Program-made: the position numbers and the translations under genes
Source of the DNA: Tubiluchus corallicola
Lineage: Eukaryota; Animalia; Priapulida
Length of the DNA stretch: 64,000 nt
Direction: 5' to 3'
Assembly: GCA_030141605.1 (NCBI GenBank)
Contig: JAQGDQ010000744.1
Location: 39,110 to 103,109 of the forward strand
Part shown: positions 13,508-25,058 of the stretch, piece after piece
Layout of the letters: each line of letters begins with the position of its first letter
How positions within the stretch are numbered: the first letter of the stretch is position 1
Notes under the pieces: generated by a model
Told to the model about the DNA's origin: nothing
The model's input: the letters and a program-made list of their open reading frames with translations, nothing else
The model's database searches: none

Positions 13508-14368
13508 AAATCCGCCATAGCCGGTCCCAATATTTTGACTTCCATTATGGGTCAAAATATTGTTTTTAAATTGCAATCTACATCTCTTATGCCCTTTATA
13601 CGATTTGCTTATTAATAGTAAAATAATAGTTTTTAAAAAATTTTGAGCATAAAATAATCTGTGGGTAATTAATTACTTAACTATCTACATACTTAATTGT
13701 AAAAATAATGATTAATGCAATTCTACTTTTATTATTATTATATAATTTATTATATTTCTAAAACAATTTTTGGCACAAAAGAAATTCAACAAACTACAAA
13801 ATTTTTGAGATTATGTAAAATTCATTTACATGGCAGGAAAAATACAAACTAACTCAAAAGTAACCAAGTGGGTGAAGTATGGATCGGTGCAGCAAGTGTG
13901 TTTAAAATTCAATGCTATCAATAATTGGTTGTCGTCGATTACCTGTTTTACAATCCGAATGTTCAACGTATCTCCAAAAATTGTAGGTTGAGTACACTTT
14001 ACTACACACACCGTCACAAATGCTCGCTTCATAAGAATGCTCTGCAAATAGAACAAGATAAACTAATTTTGTAACATGATCCACTTTGTAAAATTAACTC
14101 AGCTAAGTTCAAAAATAACAATAAATCTTGCACTTTTTATCATTATTTTCTTCCTACAATTTCATAAATTATTGCCTTACAGAAAAATTAGACAACAGAC
14201 TCTTCTGTTTGAGCTACTTTTTCCAAGCATCGAATTTTCCTATTAAAAGCAAATGGTTGGCAAGCCCTGTTATTAGCAAACAAAAATCGATACTAGATCA
14301 GTGCTTTAAACATTCACAAACTGCATTGAGACTATCATAAGCAAATCAGGTAGATGCAGAAGACATAC

Positions 14369-14482
14369 TAGATTCACACAGCTCTCCAGTGAAGTTTGAC
14401 AAACAGTAGCACTTAAAGCAGTCTGGGCCTTCCACACACGTTGCTCCGTTCTTACATGGGTTAGATTTACAGTCAATAACAC
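14369..14482 (-). CDS. EGF exon (with an extra cysteine)
   Basis: tttttag/gtatgt, 114 nt, phase 1-1; VIDCKSNPCKNGATCVEGPDCFKCYCLSNFTGELCES. Confidence 0.92.
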
Positions 14483-14507
14483 CTAAAAATATAAACATCC
14501 TAATTAT

Positions 14508-15136
14508 CGGGGATGCGGCTAATCCAGGTTTGCCGATTGCCGGATCTGGATCTGGACAAGTTAATGCAAATGATATTTTATTTGTTTAGCTTGTGTTTAT
14601 GCGGTGGGATTGCTTGTTCATTTTCGGGATCACTGAGTAATTTTAAGCGGAAACATTGCAAATACTGATACACTAATTTTGAACACTTCATCCGTGCTTG
14701 GTTTGAACTAAAAACCACCAAACTATGCTTTTACCGGAAGTAGACTGCTCCAAATTTTTAGCAGACATTTTTGCGGGCAGTAGCGCTAACTTTGCGCACT
14801 ACTTCCTGCAACGAACACAACGGGAAGATTGCTGGTATTGTGTGCACTAGAAGCATGGCAGCAAAAAAAACTAAGCGATACTTCGTAAATTTCTGAATAT
14901 TTTAATAGAAATCCTTCTTCTTTTTTAAAAAAATAAGACATACTATTGAGGTGTATTTAAACTGTTATGTACATTTTTCTTACGAGCTTTAATTTTTTTC
15001 ACAATCAGTAGTTTTACACATAGGAAAAAGAAACATTGCAAAATCCCAAAGAATATTTTTGCTGGAAACAGATCAGACCCAGATCCAGTAAAATTACCGG
15101 ATCTCGGAATCCAGAACTGGAACCGTTACATCCCTA
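14508..15136. mobile_element. Probable old hAT-type MITE
   Basis: Ends GGGGATG...CATCCCTA with subterminal (CC)GGATC(C/T)GG-like repeats; no clean TSD. Confidence 0.35.
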
Positions 15137-15251
15137 TAAAATCAGTGGCAAAAACATTGGTCAATTAAACACACAGATATCAAATGTTACCATTTTGCAA
15201 ACCTAACGCATCACTCCATCTTTGCTTTCAGATAAACTCTAAGATTGAAGC

Positions 15252-17780
15252 TGTAGTATCCCGCTCATAGTAGATTTGCTACTACTGTAGTTTTTGTGTT
15301 GGATCTACCAGAACGACCACAATCCAAATCAACTCTCCATAGCTTTTTAGTCACGGTTGGGTATTTATTCAAATTCATTCCAAGATATGCATCTATTTGT
15401 GAACTGCTAGGAAGCTTACAGAGAAGGATACAAAATTCCAATTGCAGAATGCACAAGAACAAGCATAGGAGGAATTGAAAAACTGTATCAGTAGCAACAA
15501 AGTTATAGCCTTCTATAATCCATGTAGACCAACTGTAGAAGCCAGTTTTAAGGAAGGGTTGTCAGCAAGTACTATTTCAAGAAACAGAGAAGGGACTACA
15601 ATCAGTTTATTTCATAAGCCGTACAATGACTAGATCAGAGAAAACGTATTCACAGATAGAAAAGGGCGCATTGTCCAGCTTGGGCAAAAAAGAGGTTTAG
15701 AATGTGTTTGATAGGAGTGTCACGTTTCAAAATAAATTGTGCATATAAGCCTTTTTTACAGATCTTCTATAAGACAAGAGCTAAACTAACGCCAAAAATT
15801 GAAAAATGTTTTATGGAGATGCAAGATGTGGATTATGAATTAATCTACAAGCCAAGTCGAGGTAAAGCGGACCCTATGGGCTACATCTAAAGACCTGAGA
15901 CTGGTTCTGAAAAGACAGAGAGTAATCAGTAATCACCTATGCTGCGATTGCAGAACATGCTGTTGTCATCGACAGAATTAAGAAAAAAATGGCGGACGAT
16001 GTAGAGTCCTACGGAGTGTGATTCAAAAGGGAGACTGCGAAACTAAGAAGAGAGATCCCGTGATAACTCCTTACTACGGCATAAGGAATGAGCTTTATGA
16101 AGCAGAAGGCAGTTAGGTGTTTCGCACGGACCAGATTGTCCTCCTAAAAGCATTACAGAGAATTGTAATCAAGACTGCACACAGAATGCGGCATTTACGA
16201 ATTACCAAGATAAGGAAGCTGCTTCGTGACAAATAATGGTTTATAGGCATGAACGGACTAGTGGAAGATATACTCCTTCAGTGCTCTGAATGAAAAGTTA
16301 CTTTGAAACAGCACAAGACTGAGCCAGTTAAGGTATCTGAAATACCAGACAGGCCTTGGGATGTTGCGGCTATTGATTTTGCAGGTCCATATCCTCATGG
16401 GCAAATGTTATAGCCTGGTAGTCATAGATAAATGCACCAGATATCCTGTAGTGGAAGATACTGTTGAGAGTTTCAGGAAGCTCCAAAACAAAACTGTAGA
16501 GTTAGAAAACCTAAGGAGTGTGATTCAAAAGGGAGACTGCGAAACTAAGAAGAGAGATACCGTGATAACTCCTTATTACGGCATAAGGAATGAGCTTTAT
16601 GAAGCTCATTAGCAAATAGCTCATCTTAAAGGATTCAGACAGAAAGATGGAGATAGCAATACAAGACATGCTTACTGCACATCATTCAACACCTCATCCA
16701 GGAACGAATATATCACCATATACAGCATTGATGAACCGACCAGTTCGAGTCAAGCTGGGCCAGTACGTACCAGCAAAACGGGAAGCTATTCTTGACCACA
16801 CAGATAAGGATTACAGGAACAGACTGAAAGTCGATGCAAAAGACAGGAATACAAAGAGTCACAACTTTATAATCGGAGACTATGTGTTGGTGAAACGACG
16901 GAGGCAGAGTAAATGGTCTACTGCATTCGAACCAGCTTTCTACATCATGGATCATCCATTTCTGCAAGATGTGTCACGGATGGTAGAGAGCTCTGCCGTG
17001 ATGCTAGCCAGTTCACACTCGCGAACAGGTCCGTGCAGAACAGCGATGAGTTTAATCTACAAGAATCCGAAGACAACCAAAGCACCTTTCAAACTACATA
17101 AAGTTAACCCGCTGGTTTGGAAAAACCATCATGGGAGAGAGAAAAAATAAACAGTTACTTGAACATTACGATGTAGTATATGACTGTGCCTGAACATTTA
17201 ATTTTAAAGTAATTCTGATTTGCAATATTGAGTTTCCATAATGAATGTAAGTTAAACTACCAGCTAAAGGAGTAGTATACAAGTTTCAGCTCAATTGGTT
17301 ACAGGACTAATCACAATGTTTTTGTTATTTCCAAAATGTCAACAACTGTGTGATACACAGAGATAATCTTGTGTTGCTGTCAAGTCATGACTGTAAAAGA
17401 ATCTCCTTAACGTAATATGCAACTTAGTAAACGTTAATTGCTGCTTGATTTAGTTCAGTATTTGATTCAATGTAAGTTTACATTGTTTAAATACGCAACA
17501 TGTTCATAAAGGACCTGAACAATATTAGGTTAGGTTACCCTTAAGTTATAACGAAAAAATGTAAATTGTTTCAATTGTGTGAATATAGGATATGCCTGTT
17601 CGTTAATTTTAAAGACAATGCGGAAACTGTAAAAAGGGGAGAAATGTAGTATCTCGCTCGTAACGGATTTGCGTTCCGGAATTTTAATTTTCATGTTGGA
17701 TCTTGCGATTACCTGATCTGATCAAAAATGTCAGCTTTCTGTAATAAATAGGTTTTTTTCATTATCCGACATTTTACAAC
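15252..17780 (+). mobile_element. Degenerate, internally deleted Ty3/gypsy LTR retrotransposon
   Basis: Broken RT-end/RNase H/integrase frames (SFLVTVGYLFKFIP, YSQIEKGAL, DYELIYKP, IDFAGPYP, LVVIDKCTRYP); LTR-start similarity TGTAGTATCCCGCTC (15252) vs TGTAGTATCTCGCTC (17645), the latter preceded by a polypurine tract; 3' end approximate. Confidence 0.8.
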
Positions 17781-18153
17781 GTTTCTAACTTGAAATGTTA
17801 CAGATGTTTTCTGCTTGAGGCAAAAGGACAGTATGTTGACACACTTAAAGTAAGCATAGATAATTAACTGCAAAAAGCAGTTTGAGCCTTCTTATTTATC
17901 AGAATACAGATTGAAGAAGCATTCCTATCTACATTAAATGCACATCAGTCATAAAATGACCATCCTCTTTACTGAAGAGTTGCATTATAAATGAGTTCAC
18001 AATAATAAGCAAAACGGGTACATTACGGCTTGCAAAACATACCACCACGATGATACTAGAACTGCGACTAATTTACTATACTAAGAATGTGCTGAAAATG
18101 CTAAATCAATGCAATAATAGTGCTGGAACAAAAAACAAACACCACATACATAC

Positions 18154-18225
18154 TTTTACACATGCCTTCTGGCAATGTAACTTGCTTAGGAGGAATTTCA
18201 CCAAGTCCGCTTTGGTACATCTTCT
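18154..18225 (-). CDS. Pentraxin repeat 1, exon 5
   Basis: tttcag/gtatgt, 72 nt, phase 1-1; EKMYQSGLGEIPPKQVTLPEGMCK. Confidence 0.72.
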
Positions 18226-18801
18226 CTGAAATAACACAGGAATCAGTGGTGAAAACTAGAGACCTTAATACATGGGATAGTCAGCCATGTTTGCACTTTC
18301 AGATGAAGAATGGCCCTGAAACTTATTTTTGGGTGAATTTTGCTAATCAAACAGCACATGAACAAAAAAACAAATTTTTATAATGCCTAGTATCTAACAA
18401 GCACTAAAAAACCTGCTTAATGCAGATTGGTGAAGGTGGGATTAAAGTCTAAGCTTATTATAAAGGAATTTCTTTAAGATGAAGCACTGATGTAGAAGAA
18501 AGGTCTCAGCTACATTTTATTGCATAAACATCATGTGACAAACAAATAAGTATCAAGAGGTAGTGCAACAGAAGAACCTGTCCAAAAATGTTTTACCTGG
18601 CATTTCGCCAGTCACCTATTTATTTACTAGCCGCATCAATGATGAGCAAACACACAATGTAAACATCCAGTTTTTATCTTAGCTCCCAAAAAATAAGATT
18701 GATAATAACCAATGAGTGGCTGAGTATTCGTTTACATAACACTGCTACACACTGTCAAGACATATGTACATGAATGCACATAACTCGCAATATTTACTTA
18801 C

Positions 18802-18966
18802 CGTAATTCTCTGCAAAATTTATAGTTTTTGGGTAAAACCTGATGTCTGAGACGACGCCCACAAAGCTCTCCGAAGTTTTAAAGCCACCTCCCAATTCAT
18901 GCTGATACTGGCCAAAATACAGGAGACCTCCACCGGGTACTGGCTGGGTCGACATTTGTATCATGC
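18802..18966 (-). CDS. Pentraxin repeat 1, exon 4
   Basis: ttttatcag/gtaagt, 165 nt, phase 1-1; GGGLLYFGQYQHELGGGFKTSESFVGVVSDIRF. Confidence 0.9.
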
Positions 18967-19341
18967 CTGATAAAACAAACATCGAAAAAAATAATTAGGC
19001 TATGCAAGGCTGCTGGTCGTTTCTCTATTTAAGGTTACATTATATTGCACAGGACCATTGGCATGATGTCATGGACTATGTAAAACCTTACCAATGCACT
19101 ACAATTTAACTAATTAACAATTTGCTAATTAACTAATTAAATGTGTTTGTTTGGTATAGGTTTGTTAGTCTCTACAAACAGCATACTCTATTTAGCTACC
19201 GAGACTCAAAATTGAATTTTTTTTAAAAACAATGAACGCTTGAACACCCCACAGTAAATCATAGCGCTTTTGCCATTCACTGCATTTACTTAATCAGAGA
19301 CTGGTCGACTAATGTGTGCACACTGACAGTTAAAATTATAC

Positions 19342-19475
19342 CTGCAAGGCGCTGATCTAGGATAATAACAAAGTTAACAGAATCACGAGTGACACACAAG
19401 TGATGAAATTCTCCATCGAATATCGGAGGAATTGCTCCTTCAATCATATTATCTGTTACTGGATCTTCAACTATA
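19342..19475 (-). CDS. Pentraxin repeat 1, exon 3
   Basis: cttttcag/gtataa, 134 nt, phase 2-1; PPIFDGEFHHLCVTRDSVNFVIILDQ. Confidence 0.88.
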
Positions 19476-19550
19476 CTGAAAAGATTTGAAACATTCATAA
19501 TAATGAAAAAACTGTACGGTTACGCATATGGATAACCAACGAGAAAACTG

Positions 19551-20590
19551 CTATACATTTTGAATGATTCAGTGTGCTACAGTGTGTACATTTTGAGTGA
19601 TTCAGTGTGCTGCAGCTCTGTACATTTTTAGTTTTCAATATATTACAGCACCATACATTTTGAGTGATTCTATGTGTTGCAGCTATGTACTCTTTGAGTG
19701 ATTCAGCGTGTTACAGCACTATACATCTTAGTGATTCAGAGAGTTACAGCACCTTACATTTTGAGTGATTCTATGTGTTGCAGCTATGTACTCTTCGAGT
19801 GATTCAGTGTGTTACAGCACTATACATTTCGAGTGATTCTATGTGTTGCAGCTATGTACTCTTCGAGTGATTCAGCGTGTTACAGCACCATACATCTTAG
19901 TGATTCAGAGAGTTACAGCACCTTACATTTTGAGTGATTCTATGTGTTGCAGCTATGTACTCTTCGAGTGATTCAGTGTGTTACAGCACTATACATTTCG
20001 AGTGATTCTATGTGTTGCAGCTATGTACTCTTCGAGTGATTCAGCGTGTTACAGCACCATACATCTTAGTGATTCAGAGAGTTACAGCACCTTACATTTT
20101 GAGTGATTCTATGTGTTGCAGCTATGTACTCTTCGAGTGATTCAGTGTGTTACAGCACTTTACGTTTAAAGTGATTCAGTGAGTTACAGCACCTTACGTT
20201 TAAAGTGATTCAGTGAGTTACAGCACCTTACATTTTAAGTGATTCTATGTGTTGCAGCATTACTCTTCGAGTGATTCAGTGTGTTACAGCACTTTACGTT
20301 TAAAGTGATTCAGTGAGTTACAGCACCTTACGTTTAAAGTGATTCAGTGAGTTACAGCACCTTACGTTTAAAGTGATTCAGTGAGTTACAGCACCTTACG
20401 TTTAAAGTGATTCAGTGAGTTACAGCACCTTACGTTTAAAGTGATTCAGTGAGATACAGCACCTTACGTTTAAAGTGATTCAGTGAGATACAGCACCTTA
20501 TGTTTTGTGTGATTCAGTGTTGTAGCTTTGTACATTTCAGTGAACCAGTTTGTTATAGCACTACACGACAGTGATTCAATGTGTTGCTAT
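19551..20590. repeat. 33-34 bp minisatellite with a 169-bp higher-order block
   Basis: Units such as TACATTTTGAGTGATTCTATGTGTTGCAGCTATG; matching starts at 19755, 19924, 20093; right part homogenised to CGTTTAAAGTGATTCAGTGAGTTACAGCACCTTA. Confidence 0.9.
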
Positions 20591-22152
20591 GTACATTGAC
20601 ACATTGCACAAGAGCAAAAAAATTGGAGAATAGGAGTAGAAACAGAGACAGCTAATTGAAAGTGATTTTATACTATTTACAGAATCAAATTGACAGCTAT
20701 TGGAAATTTGTTAACTATGACTGTAATATTTACAATACAAATAGCTGCAGACTGATAGCTGCTGGTTACTTAATTACCTATGACTACAGTGTTTACAACA
20801 CCGTCACCTGCAGACCAAACAAGCACATTATTCTGCCGATTGCAAAAAAATTCTCATGTGAGTGTTCAGGGTGCATGTTTGATTACAGTTTTTAGAAATG
20901 CAAGGTACCAGCTAGTGAGTAGAAGGTGCCTACTGGCAAATTGTTTCAAGAGAATGTGACTTCCTATACTCTTACATCTCCTTCTGCTGTTGAAAGAGAA
21001 TATATAGACCAGCAAATACGACTAAGACATTTCTACCAGTTCTGTGCCCTATCTCACAGAATTACCAATGATAAAAGCCTAGGTGTACGCCACAGCCATC
21101 AACATTAATAGTAGGCCGTGATCCAAGTCCTAGATTTTAGCCATTATGGCAGCTCTGCTAATTGGATTATAATTGTGTGGCACTGAACATTGAATTCACA
21201 ACAGCTTATGAGAAAAACTGTTTTCGCAACTAAGATAATGTGTTAATATTTTTTGGATGGTAACAAAGCAGTCCATTTTGTTGAATGCTTTACATGAGTG
21301 AAAAAGGTAGTCTTGTAAATGAATCTTGGCAGGTGATTAATGTACATTAAAATACATGTACATTAATGTACATGGTGTGAAGCTTGGCAGAATATTAAAA
21401 ATGCATGTAGTCGTAATTGACATTTAATGGATAACTTATGTAGTGTTTTAGTATTAACTTTACTTTATCGCAAATATTGTACATTCCATAACGACAAAAT
21501 CTGTAGGATGCACTAATGGATCTGCAAATGCATTGCTTATTCATTTGTTTACTTTCATTGTTATGGAAGACATTATTAACAAAAAGAACAGAAAGCAACC
21601 TAACAAAGAGGAGTCCATTGGCAACAGCATTATCAAGCAGTAACTGATATATAGCAGACGTCAAAGACTGTAATACCCGCTATGCTTAAAGCCATTAAAG
21701 CACATCTGCTAATCTGATTATCTGCAGCGCTGAAAACAGCGAGTTTCGAACAGCTTTTAGAAAACCTGTTTTTTCTCTAAGATAATGTGCTTACAGCATT
21801 TGGACAGTAAAAGAACAGTCCATTTTGTCAAATGCTTTTTGCGTGCATTAAGGAAGTGTTCTCCCAGGAAGAATCCTGACAGGCTAAAACTTCGCACTGT
21901 GATATTTGGTAAACATAGCCATAATGGATATCTAAGGGATAGTTTGCATTGTTTTACTGTCCTTGTAGTGCTGCATCTTAAGGCGCTTACAGTGATGACA
22001 GAATCTGTAAGATGCACAAAAAAGGACTGAAACACTTTCTCACTAATGTGCTTATTGGTTTTCTTTAGTTCTGGTTCTGTGTAAAACACTGCTTACCATA
22101 TTAATAAAAGGAAACTAACAAAAGAGCATCTGGTGGTGATGACAACATTATC

Positions 22153-23016
22153 ATGGTGCACATCTTGATCGGGCATACAATGAGTAATTTAACAAAAAAT
22201 GCAACTGACAATGTTACCTGCCTAGAATACCTGCTCACTCTACAAATTGTATTACTTGCAGTGACTTGTGCTGCCATCATTGCTGGCAACTTGTTGGTGT
22301 TGGTTGCAGTTTGTTTATATGAGCAGTTGCAGACAAAAGTTAACATGTTAATCGCTTCTCTAGCGGTTGCAGACTTGTTAGTTGGACTGAGGTTACCATT
22401 TGAAATTTCTGATCTGTGCAAAGATCCAGAAGAACTTAAACAGAATTACTTCCGACAAGTGGTTGCAGTGACCTTGATGAATGTGAGCATACTGCATCTG
22501 TGCATAATAGCTGCTGAGAGGTACACGGCAGTTCTGCATCCATACAGGTATGACACCTATGTTACATGGAAAACCGTGACTGCTGTACTCTGCACGACTT
22601 GGTTACTGGGGGCTGCAGAAGCATGCATTCCAAAGTTCGGCATGACTAAAATAATAATGCTTTTTGACGCATTTTTGTTTTTTTACTTACCAATGATCAT
22701 TACAACCCTCTTGTATGTCTACGTATGGAGAGTAGCAAGGAAGCACGTGCTAAGAATTCAAGAAGCAACTCAGCAGATGAGAATAAAAGTGGCTGAGATG
22801 AAAGCGACAAAAATGCTAGTAGTTGTCACAGTTGCATTTATTATTTGTTGGGGACCGACATTCATTGCACCACCAACATATTTTTCAGGTCAGAGACGAA
22901 TACTGATTTTATGGCTTGGATACAGCAACAGTTTTGCAAACCCTGTTATATATGCAGCATTAAACAGTAAATTCAGGATGGCTTTTCGAAAAATATGTCT
23001 ATGCAAAAGTAACTGA
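22153..23016 (+). CDS. Intronless class A (rhodopsin-like) GPCR, orphan adenosine/amine-receptor-like; nested antisense in an intron of the EGF/pentraxin gene
   Basis: GNLLV (TM1), SLAVADLLVG (TM2), ERY, CWGP, NSFANPVIY; N-terminal N-glycosylation sequons; start may be the Met at 22180. Confidence 0.92.
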   Translation: MVHILIGHTMSNLTKNATDNVTCLEYLLTLQIVLLAVTCAAIIAGNLLVLVAVCLYEQLQTKVNMLIASLAVADLLVGLRLPFEISDLCKDPEELKQNYFRQVVAVTLMNVSILHLCIIAAERYTAVLHPYRYDTYVTWKTVTAVLCTTWLLGAAEACIPKFGMTKIIMLFDAFLFFYLPMIITTLLYVYVWRVARKHVLRIQEATQQMRIKVAEMKATKMLVVVTVAFIICWGPTFIAPPTYFSGQRRILILWLGYSNSFANPVIYAALNSKFRMAFRKICLCKSN

Positions 23017-25058
23017 ATGTACGGCAAGCTTCCTCCCAAATTTTTCTATAGAGATGTCAGAAAAATGTATGGTAACCTTTGCCACAACATAGAGATGTTT
23101 TTATTATTACCAATAGCAAATGTTAGATGAGAAAAAAATTCCCATGCTTTATTAGCCGAGCTACCATGTGATTACAGTCTCTGTCAGAATTGAACTAAAA
23201 CTTTTGCGCAATGGCATAATTCACAAAGAAGTACACGCAGTCTTTTATACAAAACAGAAAATGACATTAATGTAATTATAAGTCATGAAGACAAAGCTCT
23301 GTAATAAAGTAAAGACGTAAATTGTTTTACAACAACTGTATGCTGATAATTATCAGTGTAGAGTGTATGAGTGGGTACAGGACATTTGGTCGCGCAAGAT
23401 GACGGCAGCTGTCATACAACTTATGTCCAACATAACTCAATCACACAAGAATACATTACAATTTTTTTGTTTTATGCTACAAATCATGCTGCCTAATAAA
23501 CTAAAATTACTGTGAGAATCCTTATCCACTGCCGATTCTTATCCGATTACTTTTAAAATATAACTTTTAGAACATTTAAAAAGTTTTTGTAAGAAAAAAA
23601 TAATTATTTTCATGATTATGATTTTATAAAACTGTAAAAAACTACATATAGTAATTAATAGTATAACTCGCTTAGCACCTGTAAAAACACCTCTGCTGTA
23701 TAAATAAGATTATCATGCATATTGCAAAAGATGCAGCAAAAATGCTGACTATTATTATTGATCTTAATATTTATAACCGTCCATTATTTAATTCGCTTAC
23801 TAACTAATCAAGGCTTGTCGTTTTCGAGTTGACAGCTAGTTGTAAGCAACTAATGAACTAAGTAACACATTCTAGGTTGGTTTTATCTACAGAATTCCTT
23901 GAATATAATATTGTAATACATATATAATACTAGTTAAATTGCTGCACTAGTTCTATTGACATTAAGCTCTGGTGAGAATCAACTTCTCTGTGACACACAT
24001 TTCTGTTATTTACTGTTTTGTGATGCACTAGATAATTTTGCAATAAAATACTGTCATATTTTAATGAAATGCTAATGCAAACTTGCTCTGTTTTTACCTG
24101 CTCTGATTGTTCTTTTTAATAGCTACACATAAAATGCTGAATAAAAGTAAAAATAACAGAAAGTGCTAAATTAATTGATTGGTTTTAATTGTTATATCAC
24201 ATATTACTGTAAATGTTTAATGTAGTGAAGTAGTGACCCTTAAAAAATTATTATATTTAGGAAATTAAAGTGAGTCATAAAAAAATTAAAAACAAAAGTA
24301 AAAAAATTACATACAACACTAAATTTTATTGGTGCCCAAGCACCTTATGTCCAAGTGTCCCGTGCCAAAATATCCCATGCCCAAATGTTCCGTGTCCAAA
24401 ATGACCGTGCATAAATGTTACATATCTGTAGATATTTGTATGTATAATCGATTTTTCAAAGCTTCAATGTTTTTTATTATTCAAATACCAAAATAAGTAC
24501 TAATCAATTAGGCTTATCCTATGCACAATGTATTGACCACATGCTGTTTGTAACCCCCTAACTGACAGAACCAGAAAATCTTGGCAATAAGCCAAAATCA
24601 TTGTTCGGATAAAAACAATCCGCCATCTCTGCTGCAGTATGGTAGTAAAACCGTCATTCCACAAATCCATTCTCACTCATTGACTGGATATTGAAGTCAG
24701 GTATACTGCTGATACTTTTAGTCAGCCTTATGGCACAAAAGAGGTTAGAGCTTGGTATGGAAATATTTTGAAACTTTTGAAAAAAGCTCATTTAAAACAT
24801 CATACAAGTTACATTATGCAAAAACAAATTAAGTTATCAATAATCAACAAGCTCTATGTTAAATCATTTATGGGTTCAGTTCATTTTCATGCTCACAGTG
24901 CAGCAATTACCGCTACAGTTCAGCTCCAATTAGAGCATAGGTCCAGATTTAACCTTCTAGTCCTGTAGGGGGTCATGGCTCAACAGTTAAGGTTCAACCC
25001 AGAGAAGAGTATGAGTATAGCATAAACTTATTATTCCAGTTTAACAGTTAACATATAG

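Larger units (their letters stand above)
11630..13535 (-). mobile_element. RTE-clade non-LTR retrotransposon derivative (twister-bearing 5' end plus RT, endonuclease missing)
   Basis: 12-bp TSD TGACTTCCATTA at 11618-11629 and 13536-13547; short TAAGG-type 3' tail; intact RT frame. Confidence 0.92.

Noticed and set aside
12731-13615. 294-aa plus-strand ORF
   Set aside because: Antisense shadow of the RT coding sequence with no recognisable motifs
19551-20590. CRISPR-like array appearance
   Set aside because: Monomers are contiguous with no unique spacers, no cas genes, eukaryotic context
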